This document shows, in pieces, positions 39,474 through 49,425 of a stretch of DNA of 64,000 bases. The stretch comes from Candidatus Latescibacterota bacterium (GTDB taxonomy: Bacteria; Latescibacterota; UBA2968), in assembly GCA_965222605.1 (NCBI GenBank), contig OZ244960.1, forward strand, positions 416,001 to 480,000. Direction: 5' to 3'. The notes below the pieces were generated by a model. It worked only from the letters and a program-made list of their open reading frames with translations, was not told the DNA's origin and did not search any database. A program made the position numbers and the translations under genes. The stretch's first letter is position 1, and every line of letters begins with the position of its first letter.

Positions 39474-42149
39474 ATGCAAAGAATGATCAGAAGTATTTTC
39501 ATCCTATGTTTACTGGGCTTCTTCACAGTTGCGTCTGCCCAACTGCCGCCAGAGATCAGGGCGGATGCCTATCTATTGCAAGCGGAACAGGCTATTCGCA
39601 ATGGAGACCTCCACCGAGCACAAGTCGCAATACAAAATATCCTTCGCCTTCAGAAAGAGCACGAACTGGATCTGCAGAATGAGTTTCATTTCAGATACGC
39701 GAAAGCGGCGGACGCCGTAGATTTGTCCGACCAAGTAATCGAATCTGTCTTGAAATATCTGGTGGCATCAGGACGCGAAGGCCAGCACTATGTCGAAGCC
39801 CTGACGTTGATGAATAAGGTACAGGATAGGTCTTCAGAGGGTGTTGTCGCGTCCCAAATATCGCCGAACATCATAGCGGACGCCTACCTTCTGCAAGCGG
39901 AGCAGAGCATTCGCGATGGGGACCTTGATCACGCTCGGATCGTGATACAAAATATTCGCACCCTTCAGGAGCAGCACGAGTTGGTTCTGCCGGATGAGTT
40001 TCATTTCAGATACGCGAAAGCGGCGGACGCCGTAGATTTGTCCGATCAGGCACTCGAATCCGTTGTGAAGTATCTAACGGTATCAGGGCGCGAAGGACAA
40101 CACTATCTTGAAGCTCTGGAGTTGATGAACAAGATGCAGATGGCGGTGAGTTGCAAGGGGTGGGATACGGAAGAATATTTCAAGATAGCGACACTAGAGC
40201 AGGTGACCGCCTGTCTTGACACAGGGATTGACCTGAAGGCGCAGAATGATGCGGGTGCTACGCCCTTACATCAAGCGGCGAAAAATACCGAGAATCCAGA
40301 CATCCTCAAGGTCCTGCTCAATGCTGGTGCCGATCCCAATGCGCGGGAAGAAGATAACTGGACGCCCCTGCATCTGGCGGCCGGGTACAATGAGAATCCG
40401 TCCGCTATTAAGGCACTGATCGATGCTGGTGCCGACAAGGAGGCACAGGACGAAGATAAACGGACGCCTCTGCATGTAGCGGCTGCGAACAACGAGAATC
40501 TGGACATCGTCAAGGTCTTGATTGAGGCTGAAGCCGATCCCAAAGCCCGGGATCATAATAAAAGGACGCTCCTACATTATGCGACTCTGAATAAGAATCC
40601 GTCTGTTGTAGAGTTTCTGCTCAAGGCGGGTGCTGACCCTAAGGCGCAGGACGAAGATAAACGGACACCCCTGCATCTGGCAGCCCAGTACAACGAGAAT
40701 CAGGCCGTTGTCGAGTTCCTGCTCAATGCCGGAGCCGACAAGGAAGCAAGGGACAATGGTAAACGGACACCCCTGCATTATGCGGCTCTGCAGAACAAGA
40801 ATCCGTCCGTTGTAGCGTATCTGATCAAAGTGGGTGCTGACCCTAAGATGCAGAGCGGAGATAAACAGACACCCCTGCATATGGCAGCCAGGAACAACAA
40901 TCCAGACGTCATCAAATTACTGCTCGATGTTGGGGCAGATCTGAAGGCGACGGATAAAAATAAATGGACGCCTCTGCATTATGCGGCAGCGTACAACGAG
41001 AATCCAGATGTCGTCAAGATCTTGATTGAATTAGGAGCCGACCTGAAGAAACGGACTGATGAAAACTTCAGGCCCTTGCATTATGCGGCAGCGTACAACA
41101 AGAATCCGGATGTCGTCAAAACCTTACTCAATGCCGGAGCGGACCTGAAGGCGACGGATAAAACCTTCATGGCTAGGGATATCTACTTTATGTGGACACC
41201 CCTGCATATGGCAGCCAGAACCAACAAGAATCCGAATGTCCTCAAGGTCCTGCTTGATGCCGGAGCCGACCCGAATAGGCAGTCCCTACATGGCACGCCC
41301 TTACATCTGGCGGCGGTAAACGCTGGCAATCCAGATATTCTCAAGATCCTGCTTGATGCTGGGGCTGACTTGAAGAATAGAGCAAAGGGATTTATGGATG
41401 GCGAAACGCCTCTGCATAATGCGGCCGGGTACAACAATCCAGACGTCATCAAATTTCTGCTCAATGTTGGGGCCGACCTGAAGGCGACGGATAAAAACAA
41501 ATGGACGCCCTTGCATTATGCTGCTGCGAACAACGAGAATCCGGATGTCATCAAAACCCTAATCAGTGCCGGAGCCGACCTGAATGTGCAAAATAAGAAG
41601 GGATTTACGCCTCTGGACCTGGCGTTGGAGGACAACGAGAATCCGGACGTTGTCAGGGTTCTGCGCGCTGCCGGAGGCAGTCAGACAAAAATGGCGGGAA
41701 AATCACAGGAAGGAGACGGTTTCGGTAAGGCAGCCGCCGCACTTTTAGGCGGTGCGGCGATTATGTATGCTGGCAAAGACGCTGCAGATCAGGAGGCAGT
41801 CACAGAAGCCGCACGCCAGTTCATGGAAGGTGTGTTAACGGATCAAACTGGTGGGAGTGGGAATACCAACTCGGCTGCGACACCTTCGCAAACCCAGGGT
41901 GGACAAGCGCAAGATCCGATGCAACAGGCACTTCAAAATATCGAGAATGTGTGCGGGGAAAAGTACCAGGGTGATTTTGCGGATAATGACCACTCTCGAT
42001 TTTACTGCATGGCCGCTTTCAATGACTACTGCGCGCTCAAGAGAGCGCAAAGTAGCGATGCCATAAGTAAATTGCGTGCGAGCCTGCAACAGAACTGTGC
42101 GGTTTTGAAAAAAGATGGTTTAGATAGCCGGTGTCCGTACTGCAAATAA
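39474..42149 (+). CDS. Secreted ankyrin-repeat protein with two QLPPE-type modules and a Cys-rich C-terminus
   Basis: Signal peptide; FHFRYAKAA twice; 14 TPLH-type repeats; GKAAAALLGGAA segment. Confidence 0.92.
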   Translation: MQRMIRSIFILCLLGFFTVASAQLPPEIRADAYLLQAEQAIRNGDLHRAQVAIQNILRLQKEHELDLQNEFHFRYAKAADAVDLSDQVIESVLKYLVASGREGQHYVEALTLMNKVQDRSSEGVVASQISPNIIADAYLLQAEQSIRDGDLDHARIVIQNIRTLQEQHELVLPDEFHFRYAKAADAVDLSDQALESVVKYLTVSGREGQHYLEALELMNKMQMAVSCKGWDTEEYFKIATLEQVTACLDTGIDLKAQNDAGATPLHQAAKNTENPDILKVLLNAGADPNAREEDNWTPLHLAAGYNENPSAIKALIDAGADKEAQDEDKRTPLHVAAANNENLDIVKVLIEAEADPKARDHNKRTLLHYATLNKNPSVVEFLLKAGADPKAQDEDKRTPLHLAAQYNENQAVVEFLLNAGADKEARDNGKRTPLHYAALQNKNPSVVAYLIKVGADPKMQSGDKQTPLHMAARNNNPDVIKLLLDVGADLKATDKNKWTPLHYAAAYNENPDVVKILIELGADLKKRTDENFRPLHYAAAYNKNPDVVKTLLNAGADLKATDKTFMARDIYFMWTPLHMAARTNKNPNVLKVLLDAGADPNRQSLHGTPLHLAAVNAGNPDILKILLDAGADLKNRAKGFMDGETPLHNAAGYNNPDVIKFLLNVGADLKATDKNKWTPLHYAAANNENPDVIKTLISAGADLNVQNKKGFTPLDLALEDNENPDVVRVLRAAGGSQTKMAGKSQEGDGFGKAAAALLGGAAIMYAGKDAADQEAVTEAARQFMEGVLTDQTGGSGNTNSAATPSQTQGGQAQDPMQQALQNIENVCGEKYQGDFADNDHSRFYCMAAFNDYCALKRAQSSDAISKLRASLQQNCAVLKKDGLDSRCPYCK

Positions 42150-42213
42150 CAGAATCACCAACGAAAGGAAGGCACGTTATGTGGGAATCAGATTTTACAG
42201 GGAGGCGAAACCA

Positions 42214-42612
42214 ATGTGGCCTATAATAGTAAAAATCGGCAAGGGTATCTTTAAGACTTTGGCCTTTTTGCTCCGTAATGTAATGGCAATAGTAGCCCTC
42301 ATTATAGCTGGGCTGGCCTATATCAACCAGACTGTAGCTAATAACACACAAAAAATTATAGAAGTTAATCAGGGCATCTCGGCGAAGGTTGAGAGTCTGG
42401 ATGCGACTACCCTGAAGTTGTTGGCACAACAGGATTCTATAAAGAAAATTTTGTTGTCCCAACAAGGCGGGATAGGCAGCCTAAAATTCCAAATTGACTC
42501 GTTAGATGAGTGTATAGACAGGTACTTTCACTCTGTAAACAAGACCTTAAATACACGCTTTTCATATATTGACGGTCGGCTACATGATATAAAAGAAGGC
42601 GCACCGCGATAG
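42214..42612 (+). CDS. Hypothetical single-TM coiled-coil protein
   Basis: GGAGG RBS, hydrophobic helix, heptad-like tail. Confidence 0.6.
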   Translation: MWPIIVKIGKGIFKTLAFLLRNVMAIVALIIAGLAYINQTVANNTQKIIEVNQGISAKVESLDATTLKLLAQQDSIKKILLSQQGGIGSLKFQIDSLDECIDRYFHSVNKTLNTRFSYIDGRLHDIKEGAPR

Positions 42613-42639
42613 CAGGGGTAGCTAATGACAGGAGACATC

Positions 42640-43599
42640 ATGCGACAAATGCTTATTGCCTTTTTCATTCCGGCCTTATTGGGATTCTTCGCGGTTGCAT
42701 CTGCCCAACTACCGCCAGAGATCATGGTGGACAAACATTTGCTTCAGGCAGAACAGTTACTTGAGAAAAAAGACTATGCGGAAGCCTTCAAAGTGATGGA
42801 AAAGGTTATCGCGCTACAAAAAGAGCATAATCTCACATTGCCGGTCGAATTTCATTTCAAGTATGCACAGGTGGCTTTGGCAGCAGATTCTACCCGGATC
42901 GCGCTTGAGTCGGTGACAAGGTATCTATCGGCAACAGGGAGAGGGGGAGAGTTTTACAAGGAAGCACTGGCGTTGTTGATCGAGGCTGAAGGAATACCGA
43001 TCAGTACCGAGGAAACGTGTACTGGAAAGCCTTTAGGTTCGAGTTGCTGGATGGCATTGGCTGACCGTCCTGAATGCTATGTCTGGAACCCTTATCTTCA
43101 AGAGGACGAGACTGTAACCTGGTCTGGCAGGTGTTCGGGTAATGTGGCCCAGGGGGAAGGGACAATCACATGGGAGAATTGGGGGACAAGCCAGTACAAT
43201 CCGAACACGAAAGAATACGAGCCGATAAAATCAGCGTCAACATCTACGGGAGTCCTTCAGAAAGGCATAATGCACGGCAAATGGGTCGAACGTGACGAGA
43301 GAAGGACAGCGGAAGGCCCCTATGTGGATGGCAAGCGGCACGGGCATTGGGCCACACGTTACGCGAATGGAGGTGGAGAGGAAGGCCCCTATGTGAACGG
43401 CAAGAAGCATGGGCTTTGGGTTGATCATCACGCTTCCGGGTACAAAGATAAAGGTGAATATATAGACGGCAAAAGAGAAGGCAGGTGGTTAGTATTGGGT
43501 TTTGACATGTCCGATAATTTGACCTGCTGGTCCATAGTATATCGTGAAGGTGGAGAGGTAGGAAGAAATGAGTTAGATCGGGGAGCGTGTCAGTGGTGA
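42640..43599 (+). CDS. Secreted QLPPE-module + MORN-like repeat protein (paralog)
   Basis: Same architecture as 31426-32439. Confidence 0.85.
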   Translation: MRQMLIAFFIPALLGFFAVASAQLPPEIMVDKHLLQAEQLLEKKDYAEAFKVMEKVIALQKEHNLTLPVEFHFKYAQVALAADSTRIALESVTRYLSATGRGGEFYKEALALLIEAEGIPISTEETCTGKPLGSSCWMALADRPECYVWNPYLQEDETVTWSGRCSGNVAQGEGTITWENWGTSQYNPNTKEYEPIKSASTSTGVLQKGIMHGKWVERDERRTAEGPYVDGKRHGHWATRYANGGGEEGPYVNGKKHGLWVDHHASGYKDKGEYIDGKREGRWLVLGFDMSDNLTCWSIVYREGGEVGRNELDRGACQW

Positions 43600-43658
43600 G
43601 CAAATCAGGCGTATTTATGTAATCAGAATGAGAGCGCGGTACCTGGTGTTCACCCGGG

Positions 43659-43900
43659 TTGCCGCGGCGGATCCATAGGAAAGACCGGGAGCGGTTGATG
43701 CAGGCGATTCGGAAGTCAAAGCTTCGGCAATGCCTGCTCTTTACCTCACTCGCCGAAACCGAACTTCGGAAAGTAATGCGTCCAGCCGGAGTCCGTGTGC
43801 TAAAGTTTGGGACAGCGAATGCGAAGAGACGGTCGCTGGCGAACAGATTCGCACTCGTGAGAAAGATATGTTGAAGTTCTCAATGGTGGACTCCAGCAGG
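43659..43900 (+). pseudogene. Possible degraded tyrosine recombinase fragment, copy 2
   Basis: Homologous to 34253-34500; RQCLLFTSLAETELR. Confidence 0.4.
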
Positions 43901-44035
43901 GCAACGGTCAGAGGCATACTTTAGCTTTGACGGGTGAAGTATGCCTCTACTGTTAATGCGGAAAATAAGCATATAACGTAATACCCCATAATTCAAGACA
44001 AAAATGCAAGGAACAGTAAGACATCGGAGGTTCCA

Positions 44036-46390
44036 ATGGCAGTCAATCACAGTGAATCGTATGTATGTCCTCCCAAGTGTAAGTCATTCAAGATTCCAAA
44101 GGACATCCTGAATGAAGAACTTGAAGTCATACGCAAGAGGCGGGAAGCTGTTCGTTGCGAGTCCTCGGATGAGACGCAGGCTGAAGCCAAGTCTGATGAA
44201 CAAAAAGCCGAAGAACCGAAACTCAAAAAAAATCTCGTTGGTCTGGCACTTTCCGGGGGAGGAATCCGGTCAGCGACTTTCTCACTGGGGGTTATGCAAA
44301 GACTCGCCAAAGAGGGTTGCCTCAAACATGTAGATTATCTCTCGACGGTTTCCGGAGGCGGATACATCGGAGGTGCTTTGACATGGCTCCTCAGTAACAA
44401 AGTTAGAAAACTAAGGAAAGACGAAGATCCCTGGAACACCAGTGCAAATTTCCCGTACGGCGTTAAAGATCCGAGAGAAGAACGACGACGCAAGAACGAG
44501 TCCAATATTCTCAAACATCTGCGATTACACGGCAAATACCTCATATCCGGCAACGGGATCACGACAACATCGCTAATCGCCGTGATTCTCCGGGGCATTC
44601 TTCTCAACCTTTTGGTGTGGCTACCGCTGGTGGTCTTGCTTATGGTCACGCTCATACGTGCATCACGCGTCAGTTGGGATAGTATATGCAATGTCCTTAA
44701 GGAGTTTTGCCAAGCATGCTGGGATGATATATGTAATACCACCAAGGAATTATTTAGTTGGGATGATATATGTAATACCGTCAAGGAGTTTTGCCAAACA
44801 TACAATAAGGATGAACTTGATTTACTGATTTATCTCGCTGTCCTACTGGGGTTCTTGTTCCTACTTGTCAGCATTCTTTATTCTCTGTTCACTCGGAAAT
44901 TCCTGCTTAAAATTCTCAAAGACCCATATCTGTGCCGACGAAATTTTGAAAAGTGGATCCGGTGGGTACTGTGGATAGGTCTGGGGCTACTCATAGTGGG
45001 ATCCCTTCCGGCGGTGGCGGGATGGTTGAAAAACCCCAACGCAAATGGAATCGGCGGCATTGCGTCACTCTTTCTCGGCATCGTTAGCGGTTTATGGTCT
45101 TTTTATCGGTCGGGTCACAACGGAAAGGGAAAGATCTCCCTCAATATTCTCGCGCCGCTTGCGTCCATCCTGTTTCTCTATGGACTGGCGTTGGTGTCGT
45201 ATGAGCTTGCCGTATTGTACTTTAAGACTGACATCGCTGGAAAGTGGATGTTATGGGGATGTGTAGCCTTGTCGTTTTTGACGGGCTGGTATGTGAATCT
45301 CAATTATATCTCGATCCACCGCTACTATCGGGACCGTCTCATGGAAGCTTTCATGCCCTGCCCTAATACGGACGGAAAACCCGCTGCCGCAATAAAGGCC
45401 GACAAGGCGGAACTGAGTGACATGTGGAATAAGCACGCGCCTTATCATCTGGTGAATACCAATGTGATTCTGGTTAATTCGGACGATTCCAGACGGCGGG
45501 TGAGGGGTGGCGATGCCTTTCTTCTTTCGCCAAAGTATTGCGGTAGCACAGCGACGGGTTGGAGAAAAACCGCCTGTTATATGCAGAAAGACCCCCTCAC
45601 TCTGGCAACAGCAGTAGCCATATCTGGAGCTGCCGCCAATCCGAACACAGGTGCCGAGGGATCAAGCCCTACACGAAAACCTTTGTTGTCCCTGCTGATG
45701 GCCTTGCTGAACGTACGCCTCGGTTATTGGGTCCCACATCCCAACCCTGACAAATCCAGGTCCCAAAAGGTCGGGAATCACTTTCGCGCCGCCTACCACG
45801 AACTGAGTCCGCGCGGCTATAAAGAACACCAGAAGTTGCTCCAAATTAGTGACGGCGGTCATTTCGAAAACCTTGGTGTATATGAGTTGGTGCGCCGCAA
45901 AGTAAAGCTAATCATCTGTTGCGACGGCAGTGCTGACCCCGCGTTTAGTTTTTCAGATTTGCAAGTTCTGGTGCGCCGGATCGACACTGACTTCGGGGCA
46001 AAAATCAAATTTGACAAAAACAACTATCTGGAACGCATCATTCCCCGCGATCCAGACCCCCAAAAGGTCATTGACCGAGATCCGAACACCGACGCTTATC
46101 CCGTCGGTATCAAGTTTGCGGAACGAGGCTATATCAAAGGCAAAATTATCTACCCGGATGGGACCAAGGGTACGCTGATCCTGCTCAAAACAACAATGAT
46201 TAAGGGCCTTGGCATACGGCTCAAAGGCTACAAAGGCGCAAACCCTGATTTTCCCGACCAGAGCATTACCGATCAGTTTTTCGATGAAGAACAGTTTGAA
46301 GCATACCGTGAACTGGGTTACGAGATTGCCAGGAGAATGATAAACGACCCGAGGATAGGCCTCCGGACACTGCTGGATGATTGCAGATGA
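44036..46390 (+). CDS. Patatin/cPLA2-like phospholipase with an inserted multi-TM region
   Basis: GLALSGGGIRSA, DYLSTVSGGG, ISDGGHFENLG; several TM helices in between. Confidence 0.88.
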   Translation: MAVNHSESYVCPPKCKSFKIPKDILNEELEVIRKRREAVRCESSDETQAEAKSDEQKAEEPKLKKNLVGLALSGGGIRSATFSLGVMQRLAKEGCLKHVDYLSTVSGGGYIGGALTWLLSNKVRKLRKDEDPWNTSANFPYGVKDPREERRRKNESNILKHLRLHGKYLISGNGITTTSLIAVILRGILLNLLVWLPLVVLLMVTLIRASRVSWDSICNVLKEFCQACWDDICNTTKELFSWDDICNTVKEFCQTYNKDELDLLIYLAVLLGFLFLLVSILYSLFTRKFLLKILKDPYLCRRNFEKWIRWVLWIGLGLLIVGSLPAVAGWLKNPNANGIGGIASLFLGIVSGLWSFYRSGHNGKGKISLNILAPLASILFLYGLALVSYELAVLYFKTDIAGKWMLWGCVALSFLTGWYVNLNYISIHRYYRDRLMEAFMPCPNTDGKPAAAIKADKAELSDMWNKHAPYHLVNTNVILVNSDDSRRRVRGGDAFLLSPKYCGSTATGWRKTACYMQKDPLTLATAVAISGAAANPNTGAEGSSPTRKPLLSLLMALLNVRLGYWVPHPNPDKSRSQKVGNHFRAAYHELSPRGYKEHQKLLQISDGGHFENLGVYELVRRKVKLIICCDGSADPAFSFSDLQVLVRRIDTDFGAKIKFDKNNYLERIIPRDPDPQKVIDRDPNTDAYPVGIKFAERGYIKGKIIYPDGTKGTLILLKTTMIKGLGIRLKGYKGANPDFPDQSITDQFFDEEQFEAYRELGYEIARRMINDPRIGLRTLLDDCR

Positions 46391-46541
46391 TTAAAACACG
46401 CGCTCATTTTGTTCGCAATCGGTTTCCCGTTGGAGTTACCCTGTTTTGGTGGAGTATTTAAGGCTTGGGTTCAAGCCTGTGGCCAATGCAGTTTGCCTTT
46501 TCATCACAGGATAGACCTCTCCTGTGCAGACTCTGCAAATC

Positions 46542-46930
46542 CTAATCCGCCTTTAATCCGCGTCCATCTGCGTTCATCTGCGGATAGCTTTTCTCCACCA
46601 CTGGCAACATCACCTTAAACGTCGTGCCCTCCCCCTGTTCGCTCTCGACAGTGATCTGTCCATCGTGATTGCGAACAATAGCATAAATAATCGACAATCC
46701 CAAACCCGTGCCTTGGTCGGCATCTTTTGTCGTAAAAAAAGGCTCAAAAAGACGTTGCCGGGTCGCCTCATCCATCCCAACCCCATTATCCTCTACCTCG
46801 ATAACAACCGCATCGTTCTCAGCACGCGTTCGGATCTGGATCCGCTTATCATAGCCCCCTCCATCTCAGCGCGCTCATCTACTGTGTCCCGAGCATTTGA
46901 CAGCAAATTGAGAACAACCTGCTCGAGCGG
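46542..46930 (-). pseudogene. Histidine kinase HATPase_c remnant
   Basis: LEQVVLNLLSNARD, then after a frame break LFEPFFTTK...GTGLGLS...GEGTTF. Confidence 0.8.
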
Positions 46931-47090
46931 GGATGCGGATACCCCTATACCTTTGGGAGCGCGTCAGAAAGATCCAGCGCGAGATCAATCCCGTGTTTGG
47001 AACAGGTCAAATATGCTTGCTTATCGCGCCGGAAAATATATTTTGGGCGCGATAGGTGTGTCTTTTCAACAACGGAAAGAAAGGTGCATT

Positions 47091-49361
47091 ATGAAGCGTT
47101 TGTGTATCCTGCTTGTGGTCATTGCAATTTGTTTATGGCTGCCTCTGGCGCACACCTCACAATCCAGACCGCTCCCCGACTTTGACGGGAATGGCGCTGT
47201 GGATTTTCCAGACTTCTTGCTTTTTGTCGGCAAATTTGGCTCAAAACAAGGTGATGAGAGGTATGAAGACCGATTCGATCTGGATGGCAATGGCGCGATT
47301 GACTTTTCAGATTTTCTGAGCTTCGTCAACGACTTCGGTAAAGCGTCTCTTGAGGGTGGTGATGAGAATGATGTGAATATACCCGATGCCAACCTGCGTG
47401 CAGTGATTGCAGACAGTCTTGGCAAGGCGCGCGATGAGGCCATCACACGGGTAGAGATGGCAACCCTGACGCACCTTGAGGCCCAGGATGCGAATATCAG
47501 CGATTTGACCGGGTTGCAGTTTGCTACCAATCTGACATACCTGTGGCTTACTGGCAACCCAATAAGCGACCTTTCCGCGTTATGTGATCTGACTAAACTG
47601 AGAGAGCTGATTCTTTTTGGAAACGCAATAACAGATATATCCACGCTGGCCAACCTTCAAAATGTGGGACACCTGAATCTTGGTGGCAATAACATCTCGG
47701 ATATATCCGCCCTGGCGAACCTGACCAACTTGAGTTGGCTGTCGGTTGGCGACAATGCAATAACAGATCTCTCTGCGCTGGCAAACCTGACAAATTTGGA
47801 TTGGTTGGATATTAGCGGCATGAGCATCTCGGATATATCCGCCCTATCTAACCTGACAAATTTAAGGGAACTGAATCTTGACTACACCGGCATCACAGAC
47901 CTCTCTGCGCTATCTAATTTGACAAATCTGACCAGGTTGGGACTTACCACCAACGCAATAACAGATATATCCGCCCTGGCGAACCTGATTAATCTGGAAT
48001 CTCTGGATCTTGGCAGCAATAGCATCTCGGATATCTCTGCGCTTTCTAACTTGACAAATCTGACATACCTGAATCTCAGCGATAACACAATTTCGGATAT
48101 TTCCCCCCTTGTGGCAAATACGGGCATAGGCGGTGAAGACAGGGTTTTTGTGGCAAACAACCCGTTAAGTGCCGAATCGCTCACCACACACCTGCCAGCC
48201 CTTTACAGCAGATTTGACAAAAGTGCGTATCGTGGGCCATGTGTTCCAATCCTTCCAAAAAATCTTTCCGTAGATGCGGGGAGTTCTCACACTTTACAAT
48301 CCAATTACCTGTACGTTGATCACGAGGGAATAAGGCCGGAAGGCCAACGCGGAGGTTTTGCTGCCGTGGCGTATGCCGATTTTAATGAAGACGGTCACAT
48401 CGATATCTTTTATGCACCGAGTGATGGTTGGCAGCACAATACATTTCCCGCGGAGTTGTATCTCAACGATGGCGCAGGGTGTTTCTCCCTTGACGCCAAT
48501 TTCTTTAATGGGAATCCACCGCGTCGGTTAGCACCGCGAAAGGCCCTCCCGGGGGATTTCAACGGAGATGGCCGAATGGACGTTTTTGTGTTGTGCCATG
48601 GCTATGACCAACCACCATTTCCTGGAGAGGCGTCGTATGTGATTCTTTCATCGGCAAACGGATACGTGCTTGGCAGCGGGTTGGACACCTTTATTGGATT
48701 TCAACACGGCGGCGCATCAGGCGATATTGATGCCGATGGGGATATCGATGTATTCGTCACCCACTTAAACTCCAACCAGGCACCGTTTTTTCTCATCAAT
48801 GATGGCAGTGGCTCATTTACAATGGATACAGATCGGACCGAAGGCCTCGCCCATAAGGCGCTATTTACGGCTGAGTTGGTTGATGTTGATGGCGACGACT
48901 TTCTGGACCTGTTGGTTGGAGGTCACGAGTACAACCCCGAAGGAGGGATTTTCCCAACTCAGATCCTGTGGGGTGATAGCACCGGTGTATTCAGCACAAC
49001 CAAAGCGACGAGTCTGCCAGGTGTCGTCGGTCACGGTGTTGTTCCCGACATTGATGTAAGCGACACAGATGGGGATGGTGACAAAGATATCGTGATCAAT
49101 CGAACAGGAAGTGGCGATGAAAACCACCGTTTTTATCAAGGATACTACCTCCAGCTGGTTGAGCAGGTCGGCGTGCGCCGCTTCGAGGATAAGACGGCAC
49201 AGTTACTTTTCAAAAACGAAGACATCAATGCCGATTGGATCACCTGGATCCGCATGTGCGATTGCAATAGCGACGGGCATGTGGATATCGTGGCTGATGA
49301 TGATATCGGTAGAATCTTCATCTGGGAGAATGACGGAACCGGCGCATTTCGGCCGCGATAA
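47091..49361 (+). CDS. Secreted dockerin-like + internalin-type LRR + FG-GAP/VCBS repeat protein
   Basis: MKRLCILLVV signal; DFDGNG pair; IPDANLR cap and 22-aa ISDISALANLTNL repeats; GDFNGDGRMD-type repeats. Confidence 0.9.
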   Translation: MKRLCILLVVIAICLWLPLAHTSQSRPLPDFDGNGAVDFPDFLLFVGKFGSKQGDERYEDRFDLDGNGAIDFSDFLSFVNDFGKASLEGGDENDVNIPDANLRAVIADSLGKARDEAITRVEMATLTHLEAQDANISDLTGLQFATNLTYLWLTGNPISDLSALCDLTKLRELILFGNAITDISTLANLQNVGHLNLGGNNISDISALANLTNLSWLSVGDNAITDLSALANLTNLDWLDISGMSISDISALSNLTNLRELNLDYTGITDLSALSNLTNLTRLGLTTNAITDISALANLINLESLDLGSNSISDISALSNLTNLTYLNLSDNTISDISPLVANTGIGGEDRVFVANNPLSAESLTTHLPALYSRFDKSAYRGPCVPILPKNLSVDAGSSHTLQSNYLYVDHEGIRPEGQRGGFAAVAYADFNEDGHIDIFYAPSDGWQHNTFPAELYLNDGAGCFSLDANFFNGNPPRRLAPRKALPGDFNGDGRMDVFVLCHGYDQPPFPGEASYVILSSANGYVLGSGLDTFIGFQHGGASGDIDADGDIDVFVTHLNSNQAPFFLINDGSGSFTMDTDRTEGLAHKALFTAELVDVDGDDFLDLLVGGHEYNPEGGIFPTQILWGDSTGVFSTTKATSLPGVVGHGVVPDIDVSDTDGDGDKDIVINRTGSGDENHRFYQGYYLQLVEQVGVRRFEDKTAQLLFKNEDINADWITWIRMCDCNSDGHVDIVADDDIGRIFIWENDGTGAFRPR

Positions 49362-49425
49362 GCACAGAAGCCAATTCACCGCTTGATATTTTATTAGAGA
49401 ACGACGGTATCGCAGGCCGTTTTGT

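Noticed and set aside
31426-43599. Diversity-generating retroelement or integron behind the paralog arrays
   Set aside because: No reverse transcriptase, template/variable repeat pair, attC sites or IntI seen.
46665-47090. Long N-terminal extension of the 898-aa ORF
   Set aside because: It overlaps the antisense kinase remnant; the RBS and signal peptide support a start at 47091.
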